This document shows positions 27,520 to 38,924 of a DNA stretch of 64,000 bases, in pieces (the first letter of the stretch is position 1; every line of letters begins with the position of its first letter). Under the pieces are notes generated by a model. The model was not told the origin of the DNA and made no database searches. It saw only the letters and a program-made list of their open reading frames with translations. The position numbers were made by a program, and so were the translations under genes. Origin of the DNA: Octopus vulgaris. Its lineage: Eukaryota. The stretch covers positions 53,444,001 through 53,508,000 of the forward strand of contig OX597832.1 in the NCBI GenBank assembly GCA_951406725.2, written 5' to 3'.

Positions 27520-28000
27520 CCAAGTAGCAGAAAGATCGCCCAAAAGTGTATATAGATATCTAAATGTATTTATATATTCATCTATACACATATGTATGTA
27601 TAATGTGTGTGTATATATTTCCATACACGTAACCATTCACTCCGCACAAAGTTTTTTAGGACGAAAATAAGATCTAAAGTTATCTCTAAGTAGCACAGAG
27701 ATCGCCCAAAAGTGTATATAGATATATAAATGTATTTATATATTCATCTATGCACACATGTATGTATAACGTGTGTGTATATATTTCCATAGAGGTAACC
27801 ATTCACTCCATACAAAGTTTTTTAGCACGAAAATAAGATCTAAAGTTATCTCTAAGAAACAGAAAGATCGCCCAAAAGTGTATATAGATATTTAAATGTA
27901 TTTATATATTCATCTATACACACATGTATGTATAATGTGTGTGTATATATTTCCATAGAGGTAACCATTCAATCCATACAAAGTTTTTTTAGGACGAAAA
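27520..28000. repeat. 166-bp minisatellite x3 inside Helitron (also ~61615-62132)
   Basis: GATCGCCCAAAAGTG at 27534, 27700, 27866. Confidence 0.9.
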
Positions 28001-28249
28001 TATTTATATATAAAAGAAAGGTTGTGTGTCTGTCTACTCCGATTTAGATTCCTAACTACTCCCACATTTTGCGATGCAGTTTAACCAAAACTGGGTATCT
28101 TATAGTCGTGATTCATATCGAGCCCTTCTGGGTATTAGCGCGCGTCTACGATGAGTCTATGATTTTACAAATAATTTACCATCATTTTTTTCCATTTTAA
28201 TGCATATTTTTAAAAATAAACGGAAGTAACTCTCAAACTTCACACCAAT

Positions 28250-28771
28250 ATGCGTGCTCATATGCGACGTAATATCACATCAGCAGCATTTCCTCACACC
28301 CTCCTTGCACTTGGCGAAGGAAAAATACCAGGGGATGAAAATGGTAATATTGCCATCGATTCCATTTGTACCATTGTTAAGACGCCTTCTGATCTCAGAG
28401 ATGCAGTGTTCCCAGATCTACAAGCTAATTATCAGAATATGGATTGGATTGGCAAAAAGGCTATACTGGCCCCGAGGAATAAAACTGTTCACCATATTAA
28501 TGATGAAATGCTAAAACTCATTCCTGGGGAAGTCTATGTATATCAGTCTATCGATACAACTCCTGACCCAGAGGACGTCATCAACTATCCAATAGAGGTA
28601 CTCAATTCCTTTGAGCACCCCGGACTACCACCACACTTTCTCAAACTTAAAGTTGGTGCCCCTATAATGCTCATCAGAAATTTGGTTCCCCCAAAACAAT
28701 GCAATGGCACACGTTTGATCGTTAAGTCCTTATCTCCCACCGTAAGCTTATATCAATATTTGCCTGAATAA
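28250..28771 (+). pseudogene. PIF1-family Helitron helicase fragment, 173 aa open
   Basis: LLALGEG, KAILAPRN, YQSID, YPIEVLNS..PGLPPHFLKLKVGAPIMLIRNL...CNGTRLIV. Confidence 0.9.
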
Positions 28772-28857
28772 TCATCATAATTCAGTGCAATCATTAACAG
28801 TACTTTCAAGCAATTCAGCTCCGAGCAACGCCGGGCAATTCTGCTAGTATATATATA

Positions 28858-29020
28858 TAATAGTTATCGCCAAGCTAACATGTGCTGCTGATTAGCTCCA
28901 AGAGGTCGTCGCCTCTAGCAAGAGGTCATCACCTCTAGCAGCATTCATCCTATTTTTCTGGACTGCCATGTTAGTTTGGCGATAACTATTAATATCCAGC
29001 TGCCGTAGTCTCCTTAGAGA
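28858..29020. mobile_element. Internally deleted relative of the fold-back element at 59597-60033
   Basis: Same termini TAATAGTTATCGCCAAGCTAACATG / CATGTTAGTTTGGCGATAACTATTA and the same one-sided tail TGCCGTAGTCTCCTTAGAGA. Confidence 0.75.
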
Positions 29021-29325
29021 CTTTGAAATATTTTTAGAAAAAGATTGTCAAAAGTAAAATGTAAAAGCTTTGTAAAAGCTTTGTTGTGTAAATGACTGGT
29101 TGTGACAAAATATTACAATATATATATATATACATTCTTTGATAATAATAAGAAAATGTTAAAAAACAGTTTACAAGGAAATATCTTGAGAAAATATTAA
29201 ACAAAAATTTCAAAAAAGAAATATATAATTGGATTTCGTTAAAAATCATGTTTTGTTTGGAAGAATCTATATATATACACAGAAAGGTATTAGTTCAAAG
29301 ACAGTCATATTTGGTAGTATATATA

Positions 29326-29731
29326 CTCTTTTACTCTTTTACTGGTTTCAATCATTTGACTGCGGCCATGCTGGAGCACTGCCTTTAATCGAGCAACTTG
29401 ACCCCGGGACTTATTCTTTGTAAGCCCAGTACTTATTCTATCAGTCTCTTTTGCCGAACCGCTAAGTGACGGGGACATAAACACACCAGCATCGGTTGTC
29501 AAGCAATGCTAGGGGGACAAACATAGACACACAAACATACACGCACACACATATATATACATATATACGACGGGCTTCTTTCAGATTCCGTCTATCAAAT
29601 CCACTCACAAGGCTTTGGTTGGCCCAAGGCTATAGCAGAAGACACTTGCCCAAGGTGCCACGCAGTGGGACTGAACCCGAAACATGTGGTTGGTAAACAA
29701 GCTACTTACCACACAGCCACTCCTGCACCTA
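29326..29731 (-). mobile_element. SINE A, full copy
   Basis: Head, TA/CA tract and tail all present. Confidence 0.88.
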
Positions 29732-30206
29732 TGTATTTCTGTTTCGTTTTTTTTTTTTCTGCCTAAAGCCAAAAAATAAACAATAACTCTGAGCACCTTT
29801 TCAAACTCCACCTGTCTAACACCCGTGAACATGTTTACAAAGTCAGAAAACAGCACAGCTCTCATGACTTTCAGAAACATTTTTTCATGCGCCTATACAC
29901 AGAAGGAGATACATTTAGGAGTTTATAAAGAATTTGAGATGACCTGACCTGTTTTAACATTTTTTTCTTTTTCTGTGAAGCTAAAAGCCGTTTACTATTT
30001 TAAGGGACAGTGTGGGAGGTTGGTTGGGTGGGGGGAAGGAAGAGTAATGTATATATGTATAATATCTTGTTACAACCTGTACGTAACACAACAAAGCTTA
30101 TACAAAGTTTTACATTTCACTTTTGACAATATTTTTCTAAAAAAGTAAAACAGTGAATAAAAATCTTTTCAAATTGCATTTTCAAACCTTCTTTCATATA
30201 TATATT

Positions 30207-30900
30207 TCCACTCGTGTGCTACTGGTAACATGTAACCCAATACAATCTGTTGCATGGTTGGGCCGTTGGCGACTAAACCAGCAACCCCACCAACTTGGTG
30301 AGGAAGGTGTTATTGGACACCCTGCAGGATGAAAAACAAAACCCGTCAAAGGTCAGAGGAACTCTTGAGAGTCAACGACCATCCAATAAATGTGTAATTA
30401 TATATCACCTCATCGTGGTAAGCGGGTGAGATGGGAGTGTCAGAGCTATGCCGTCGGAGACTTCGGTTTCTGGTAGGGCCACCCAAGGCGGATTGTTCTG
30501 ACACCCAGCGGTATCAGGGCCGCACCCGGCTAACGGGGCTCTGGTGAACAGAAGCGTCTGATCTGGCAACCGGAGGCTTCAACCCGTCCTGTCCCTGCGT
30601 CTGTGGAAAATCTACGGCGAGCTGGCAGAAATGTTAGCACGCCGGGCGAAATGCTTAGCGGTATTTCGTCTGCGTTACATTGTGAGTTCAAATTCCGCTG
30701 AGGTCGACTTTGCCTTTCATCCTTTCGGGGTCGATAAATTAAGTACCAGTTACGAACTGGGGTCGATGTAATCGACTTAATACCTATGTCTGTCCTTGTT
30801 TATCCCCTCTATGTTTAGCCCCTTGTGGGTAATAAAGAAATAGGAAAATCTACGGCAAACTAGGCCCATGAGCCAACATAGGCTTTAAAAAGGGCGCATT
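30207..30900 (+). mobile_element. GC-rich structured LINE 5'UTR-like segment (RTE-like) interrupted by SINE B (30619-30842)
   Basis: GGTAGGGCCACCCAAGGCGG motif inside stem GTGTCAGAGC/GTTCTGACAC; SINE flanked by 14-bp TSD GGAAAATCTACGGC (30605-30618, 30843-30856). Confidence 0.6.
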
Positions 30901-30931
<31 letters not shown>

Positions 30932-32527
30932 TGCTCTGTCTACCATATTTACTTAGTAGATAAGAATAGGTAAGTGGGGGAAGAGGGCATATGTACAAGT
31001 TAGCTCCCCCTCCCTCCTTCCCCTTCCCATTGCTCGCTCTCAAGCTAATTAACTTTCTTCTTCACTTCCCCTTTTTTCTCTCCTCCTTCTCCCTTATTTT
31101 CTCCTTCTCCTTTCTTTCTTGCTTTCTTTCTTTCTTCATCACAGCTGCTGCTGCTATTTGATAATCTCATCTTGATTTTTACCTCATTCATTAATTTTGT
31201 CGTAGTTACTCGAGGAAGCTCCATCCAATTTACATATTCTGAAATATCAATCATTGTTATAGCTAGTAAGTCCTTTATCAATTATTATCTTTATAATATT
31301 CTTCCCTACCTGAGTTTCTTTGTTGCTACCTGCTCAGTTTTTTGTCTTTACCTTGTCTTTCCTCCTCTTTTCAACTTGCTTTCTGTTCCTCTCTCATGTT
31401 TCCATTCAACTAACCTTTACAGCGATCAAAGTTTTTCTCTCAATACTTCATCATGCATTAAACTATCAATCCCACTTTTTCAGTGCTAATTAAAAATCGA
31501 TATCTATTAGTATGAGTACCTTCATCCTTAATCTTTCCTCTCCCTCATGTTGTTGTCCACTGTGAATGTTCTCAGCTCCTTTCTTTTCGGTGGTGGTGGC
31601 AGGGGTCTTGCAGTGACTGTTTTTTTTTTTTTTTTGGTCATAATTTGCTGTATAGAGAACTGGACATGTCAAAGAGCATCGAAGAAAAATGAAAAAAAAT
31701 TATTTAAAATAAATACCATGCATGGAGCATGTCACATCAGGCAAGAAAACTAGAATCAATATATTTTGTGCATAAACAAGGAAACACACGCACACACACA
31801 CACATACATAATACATACATACACACACACACACATACATAATACATACATACACACACACACACATATATATACATACATACATATATACATACATACA
31901 TACATACATATATACATACATACATACATAATTCATACATACATACGTACATATATACATACATACATACATACATACATTCATGTATATAAATATAGAC
32001 AGACAGACAGACAGACAGACAGATAGATAGATAGTCTGCCTGAGTGATTGATTAATTGAATGATTGATTGAACTCATAAAGCAAAATATCCCAAATATGC
32101 TCCTTTGAAAAAATAACTGTTAAAATTGAACTGCACTCTTCAAAACTTGCACTAAGAATAAGGACAAGATAAAATTACTACCTGCTTTTATAGCAAGCTG
32201 ATGCATGTAGTTTATCCCATTCCCCTCCGACTGTTAGCTTATACAGTTGAAAAACTGAATTCTTTAGGAAATGACCCAATATATATATATATATATTTGA
32301 GTAGTTGAATGAATTATTTTGTTATGGATAATTCGGTTAACCGATACCTGGGTAGCAAATTCACATCAGAACCTTTAGAACCTTCTAGATTCTTCTACAT
32401 CCAACCATTTCGACGTCACTCCTTATAAAGGAATTTTTTAAAGAGACACTCATTTTCACTATGGGCTCCATGTGAGCAGTCATCTAAAAGTTTTTTGTGC
32501 ATCTTGATGTTGACGTAAGTTCCTTGC

Positions 32528-32610
32528 TTTTCCTGATGAGAAAGCGGCATAATGTACTCCTTATTCCTTCGCAATTAGGAATATGCAGCCTTCGAAACAT
32601 ATGTCGAAAA
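32528..32610 (+). ncRNA. Type I hammerhead motif with intact core
   Basis: TTTTC-CTGATGA-GAAAGCGGCAT...ATGCAGCCTTC-GAAA-CATATG-TC-GAAAA; GUC site. Confidence 0.82.
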
Positions 32611-32647
32611 TAAAGGAATTTTGTTAATTCGTCGTTCAACTCCATTC

Positions 32648-32702
<55 letters not shown>

Positions 32703-32759
32703 CATCATCATCGTAATTGTTATTATACATTATAGCTGTACATACACATACATCATACA

Positions 32760-33125
32760 AGCTGCCTTTCACTCTGAGAGAGGGGCTTTTAGTTGCCATC
32801 AATGGTAGAAGCTCTGAACTTTGCCCAGCCCATTCTTATTCTAGCAACTACACTTTCAGAATTTCTTCCACCACTGCTAACTTGGTCTCCTAGGTATCAG
32901 AAGCTATCCACTACTTCTAATGATCCTTCCCCACCACCCCACAAGCATTTGAGGGTGTCTATTGTCTGTGCATTTTTAGTACTTATTGTACCTACACATT
33001 TGCCACAAAGACTATTTTCTCATGTTTTACCACTACACCTCTTATGCGTTCTAATCTTGCACTGGATCCAATGTATGGATTTTTTTTGCCAACACCCTTC
33101 CTACATACTGAACAGCACAATCTCT
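32760..33125 (-). mobile_element. Degenerate RTE fragment
   Basis: Reverse complement resembles ~41060-41420 (EVVDSF.YLGDQVSSGG..ESVVARIRMGWAKFR). Confidence 0.7.
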
Positions 33126-33368
33126 GCATGGCTGTGTGGTAAGAAGCTTGCTTCCTGACCACATGGTCATCACTTGAGGAAAAGAAAGATGGATGATGGT
33201 CACATGTGAGCAATTCTTGTTTTCCATTTGTTTCTCTCGTTATGTATTCAACTCTTTTGTTTTCGTATTTCATGTTGTTTACGATGTCCTGTACCCATAT
33301 ATGCATATATATGTGTGTACATATACATATACATATACAAGTACATATACATATACATAGACATACAT

Positions 33369-33762
33369 AGGCATAGGAGTGGCTGTGTGGTAAGTACCTT
33401 GCTTACCAGCCACACGGTTCCAGGTTCAGTCCCACTGCGTGGCACCTTGGTCAAGTGTTTTCTGCTATAGCCTTGGGCTGACTAAAGCCTTGTGAGTGGA
33501 TTTGGTAGGCAGAAACTGAAAGAAGCCCGTCGTATATATGTATATATATACATATGTATGTGTGTGTATATGTTTGTGTGTTTGTGTTTGTCCCCCAACA
33601 TCGCTTGAAAACCGATGATGGTGTGTTTATGTCCCCTTAACTTAGCGGTTCGGCAAAAGTGACTGATAGAACAAGTACTAGGCTTAGAAAGAATAGTTGA
33701 TTTGCTCGACTAAAGGCGGTGCTCCAGCATGGCCACAGTCACATGACTGAAACAAGTAAAAG
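33369..33762 (+). mobile_element. SINE A
   Basis: Head, body and tail. Confidence 0.85.
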
Positions 33763-33772
33763 CATGTATATA

Positions 33773-33829
<57 letters not shown>

Positions 33830-34490
33830 TATATTTGATCGAACGCCACGCATACATTGCCGAGTAAGTTTATCTTGATATTTTGATGCGACTCTACCTT
33901 TTACTGTTCTCTCACCTATCACTTTCTCTTTCATCCTTTCTTTAATTCCATTTTTCTCCCCTTCACTGCTTTCTTTCTATCTCACTGTCTCTCTTTCTCT
34001 CCCTCTTTCTCCTTTACACACTCTCTCTCATTACTCACACGTGACCATCGTCCATCTTTCTTTTCCTCACGACATGATCTTTCTTTTCCTTCACGGCTGT
34101 CGTAGAGACTGCACGTATCTCAGCTGTCTCTCTCTTCTATCTTTCCTCTTGTTAAAGAGACTATTTCTCCAGCGTTCACTATTTTACTTTCGTCTGGTCT
34201 AATGGCCCTTCATATTTGTTTTCGTTCGGTTCTCTTGTATGTCTCCACTGCCCTGTTTTTGTTACCAACATTGACCCTCCGCAAATCCCAAATTATATCT
34301 TGGTTTGCTGGAGCAACTGCCCTTCGAAGCTCTTTCAATGCTCGAAATGAAGAATAGATGGACAGCCGACAGCTGATGAAGGGTCGTTCTTTATGTTACT
34401 TATTCTGTCTTCCATTTGTTTTTCTCGTTGTTTATATATTCAACACTTTTGATTTCGTATTTCATGTTGTCTACAGTTTGTACCCATATA

Positions 34491-34554
<64 letters not shown>

Positions 34555-35369
34555 TACAAATTGAGATAGGGGTTGTAAATGCAACCCTCCATGGGATAAC
34601 ATATATCCAATATACTGCTAGTGAAGTACCCAACAAAGTTAATACATAAATGTTAAGGATTGTGATGCAATCAATTCATTTACTGTATTATATGGGCAAA
34701 GGTAAAATGATTTACCACAAATTACTAATACAAGATAAGAAAATGGAGAAATACATCTAAATCAAATATCAATTACCAGATAATACTCAATCACATACTT
34801 TATTAAACCACCACATAAGAGACTGTAGGGTTAAACATAAAAAAGCAGAACAAATCAGTGTACATAAAGGAATGTACATAAAAAAGTGTACATAAAAGAG
34901 TAATAATGTATAATAAGTAGAATGTATATAAAAGAGAATATAAATATAAGTGTTTCATATTCAGATGCCTTTATGAAATTCATTCAGCCGTTCAACATAA
35001 ATAAATCTTAAAAGTAAATAGTTTTGATTTACCGTCTGGTGACTTTTGGCTGACCCTGTATATGTGTACGTATGTATGTATATCCATACTTATATAAAAG
35101 CCCCCAGTCCACACTGTAAAATGGTTGGTGTTCGGAAGGGCATCCAGCTGTAAAAACCTTTCTAAAACTAACCTCGCCTGTGCTTGTGCCACATAATAAG
35201 CACTAACTCCACTCTGCTGAGTGGTTGGTGTTAGAAAAGGCACCCAGCTGTAAAAATCCTGCCAAATGGTCACAGAAGTCTGGTGCAAGGCTTCGGCCTG
35301 GCCAGCTCTTGTGGCACCGTCTCACTCATGCCAGCATGGAACATGGATGTGATATGATGATGATGATCT

Positions 35370-35918
<549 letters not shown>

Positions 35919-35929
35919 ATATGGTAAAT

Positions 35930-36635
35930 TAACGTAGAACAAACACAAAAAAACAACAACGCGGCGTCGTGATACATTTAAAGTGTTAGTAGACGTTCTG
36001 GGAAGGAAAACATGGTGGTTTTATGTTTCGAGCAAAGCTCTTCTTCAGGAACAGGAAAGTCCAATAGAAAAGGAAGACGGAGGAAAATAAATTGCCAACG
36101 ATTCACATGTGACCGGAAAGGAATGGGTGAAGAAAAAGTTCTTTGTAAGACAGGGGAGTGTAAGAGAAAGAGGTATGTGGGGGTATTGCATATGCGCAAG
36201 TCTGTGTGTGTGTGTATGTGTTGTGTGTGTGGTGTTAGCTGTTTATATGTGTATGTGTGAGTGAACTTTGTGTCTCTTAATGTCGTAGGAAGAATTTAGC
36301 AGAATGGTAACAGGAGTGGTGGTCTTTTGTGTTGTTGTGTGTCTTTTCACATGTGCATAGATGACTGGTCAGTAGAAAGGCGTATGACTTGCAGTTTGAA
36401 GTATGTGTGTTTATGTATTTTTTTTTACTTGTTTCAGTCATTTGACTGTGGCCATGCTGGAGCACCGCCTTTTAGTCGAGCAAATCAACCCCAGGACTTA
36501 TTCTTTGTAAGCCCTGTACTTATTCTATCGGTCTCTTTTGCCGAACCGCTAAGTTACGGGGACGTAAACATACCAGCATTGGTTGTCAAGCGATGTTGGG
36601 AGGACAAACACAGACACACAAGCACACACACACAC

Positions 36636-36702
<67 letters not shown>

Positions 36703-38862
36703 TACGACAGGCTTCTTTCAGTTTCCGTCTACCAAATCCACTCACAAGGCTTTGGTCGGCCCGAGGCTATAGTAGAAGACACTTTCCCAAGGTGCCACAC
36801 AGTGGGACTGAACCCGGAACCGTGTGGTTGGTAAGCAGGTTACTTACCACACAGCCACTCCTGCGCTGTATATGTTGTATGTGTGTATTTTTTGTGAGTA
36901 GTGTGTGCATGCGTCTGTGTGTGCGTGTGTGAGTGCATGTATGTGCGGGTGTGTATGCCCATGAATGTAATTGTGTACGTGTTGTGTATGTGGGAGGTAT
37001 GTGTGTGTTCATGTGTGTGTGTGTGTGTGTGTATGCGTGTTTGTGTGTATATGTGTGTGCATGTGTGTATGTATGTGCGTGTGTATATGTGTGTGTACGT
37101 GGGTTTGTGTGTGTGGAGGTATGTGTGCGTTCTCGTGTGTGTGTATGTGTGTGTGAGTGTAGTTGTGTGTGTTAGGTATGTGTTCGTTCCTGCGTGCGTG
37201 TGTGTATGTGTGTGGTGAGTGAAAGGTATATGTGCATTCATGTGTGTGCGCGTGCGTGTGTGTGTGTATATGTACTTGTATGTATGTGTGCGTGTATACA
37301 GAAATAAAATAGAATATAATAAAAGATCGATAAAAAGGGGGAAAGAGGGAAGGGTAAAGATGTAAAAATAAAAATGAATAAAAAATACAAAATATAACTG
37401 ATACAAAATAAAAAATAAATTTAAAAAATTAAAATTAAAGAGAAAAAATAGAAATTAATACAATTATAAAAAATTAATACATTTAAAAAGTTAAAAAAAT
37501 TCGACAGGAAAAAACGATAAAAAAAATCGAAAAAAAAAAGATGCGCAGGAGTGGCTGTGTGGTAAGTAGCTTGCTAACCAACCACATGGTTCTGGGTTCA
37601 GTCCCACTGCGTGTCATCTTGGGCAAGTGTCTTCTGCTATAGCCCTGGGCCGACCAATGCCTTGTGAGTGGATTTGGTAGACGGAAACTGAAAGAAGCCT
37701 ATCGTATATATGTATATATATATATATGTATATATATATGTATATATATGTATGTGTGTGCTTGTGTGTTTGTGTTTTTCCCCCTAGTATTGCTTGACAA
37801 CCGGTGCTGGTGTGTTTACGTCCCCGTCACTTAGCGGTTCGGCAAAAGAGACCGATAGAATAAGTACTAGGCTTACAAAGAATAAGTCCCGGGGTCGATT
37901 TTCTCGACTAAAGGCGGTGCTCCAGCATGGCCGCAGTCAAATGACTGAAACAAGTAAAAGAGTAAAAGAGTAAAAGAGAGTGTAAAAAAAGTAAGTGGGT
38001 ATAAGAGAGGATAAAAATAAAGTAAAATAAAATAAAAAGTTGCTTTTTTTAGGGAAGGTTTAGAGACAGTCGTTAAAAGGAGGGGGTTGTGTTGAGTCCG
38101 AAAGGAGTTTGTGTGTGTAGACTGAAAATGTAACGCTGTTCCAGGCGGAGTCGGGAGTGTGTGGATCCGTGGTGCAGGGCAAGGACAAAAACGGAGATAT
38201 TAGAGGTGGACTGGTTGGCCAGGTGGAAAGGACGGGCAACGGGGTGTTCGTACATAGCAGAACATCTCGTAGATGTTCGGTGCACAGGACGGCCAGCCAG
38301 CGGCCCGTCTGACCAACGTAGAGTTTACTCTCTTTTACTCTTTTACTTGTTTCAGTCATTTGACTGCGGCCATGCTGGAGCACCGCCTTTAGTCAAGCAA
38401 ATCGACCCCGGGACTTATTCTTTGTAAGCCCAGTACTTATTTTATCGGTCTCTTTTGCTGAACCGCTAAGTGACGGGGACGTAAACACACCAGCATCGGT
38501 TGTCAAGCAATGCTAGGGGGACAAACACAGACACACAAACATATACACACACACTTATATATATATACATATATACGACAGGCTTCTTTCAGTTTCCGTC
38601 TACCAAATCCACCCACAAGGCATTGGTCGGCCCGGGGCTATAGCAGAAGACACTTGCCCAAGATGCCACGCAGTGGGACTGAACCCGGAACCATGTGGTT
38701 GGTTAGCAAGCTACTTACCACACAGCCACTCCTGATGCAATAGATAAGGCATGAAGAGGTGCAGGAGAAAGAGTTTCTAATGTGGAGAGTCTGCTGGTTG
38801 GATCCAGTGAGGGAGGTGATGTTCGTGATGAAAGGGCAGGTGTGTCAGCGGGATCTAGAGCA

Positions 38863-38866
<4 letters not shown>
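35930..38866 (-). mobile_element. PLE 3' half (Cys linker, GIY-YIG, low-complexity tail, pseudo-LTR with HHR) split by three SINE A copies
   Basis: CSRSR*HTCPFI...SFSCTSSCLIYCI | SINE | KLYVGQTGR...EH...EQRYIFSL..PFGLN; SINEs at 36423-36865, 37541-37980, 38325-38733. Confidence 0.75.
36018..36052 (-). ncRNA. Minimal hammerhead-like motif
   Basis: GTTC-CTGAAGA-A-GAGC(TTT)GCTC-GAAA-CA-TA-AAAC. Confidence 0.6.
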
Positions 38867-38910
<44 letters not shown>

Positions 38911-38924
38911 GTATATTTATATTT

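Larger units (their letters stand above)
26583..28847 (+). mobile_element. Non-autonomous Helitron, copy 1
   Basis: A|TC start, end CCGAGCAACGCCGGG..CTAG|T, no TSD; paralog at 60874-62978. Confidence 0.9.

Noticed and set aside
34950-34995. CTGAATGA...GAAAC on minus strand as HHR
   Set aside because: Core has an insertion and stems I/III do not form
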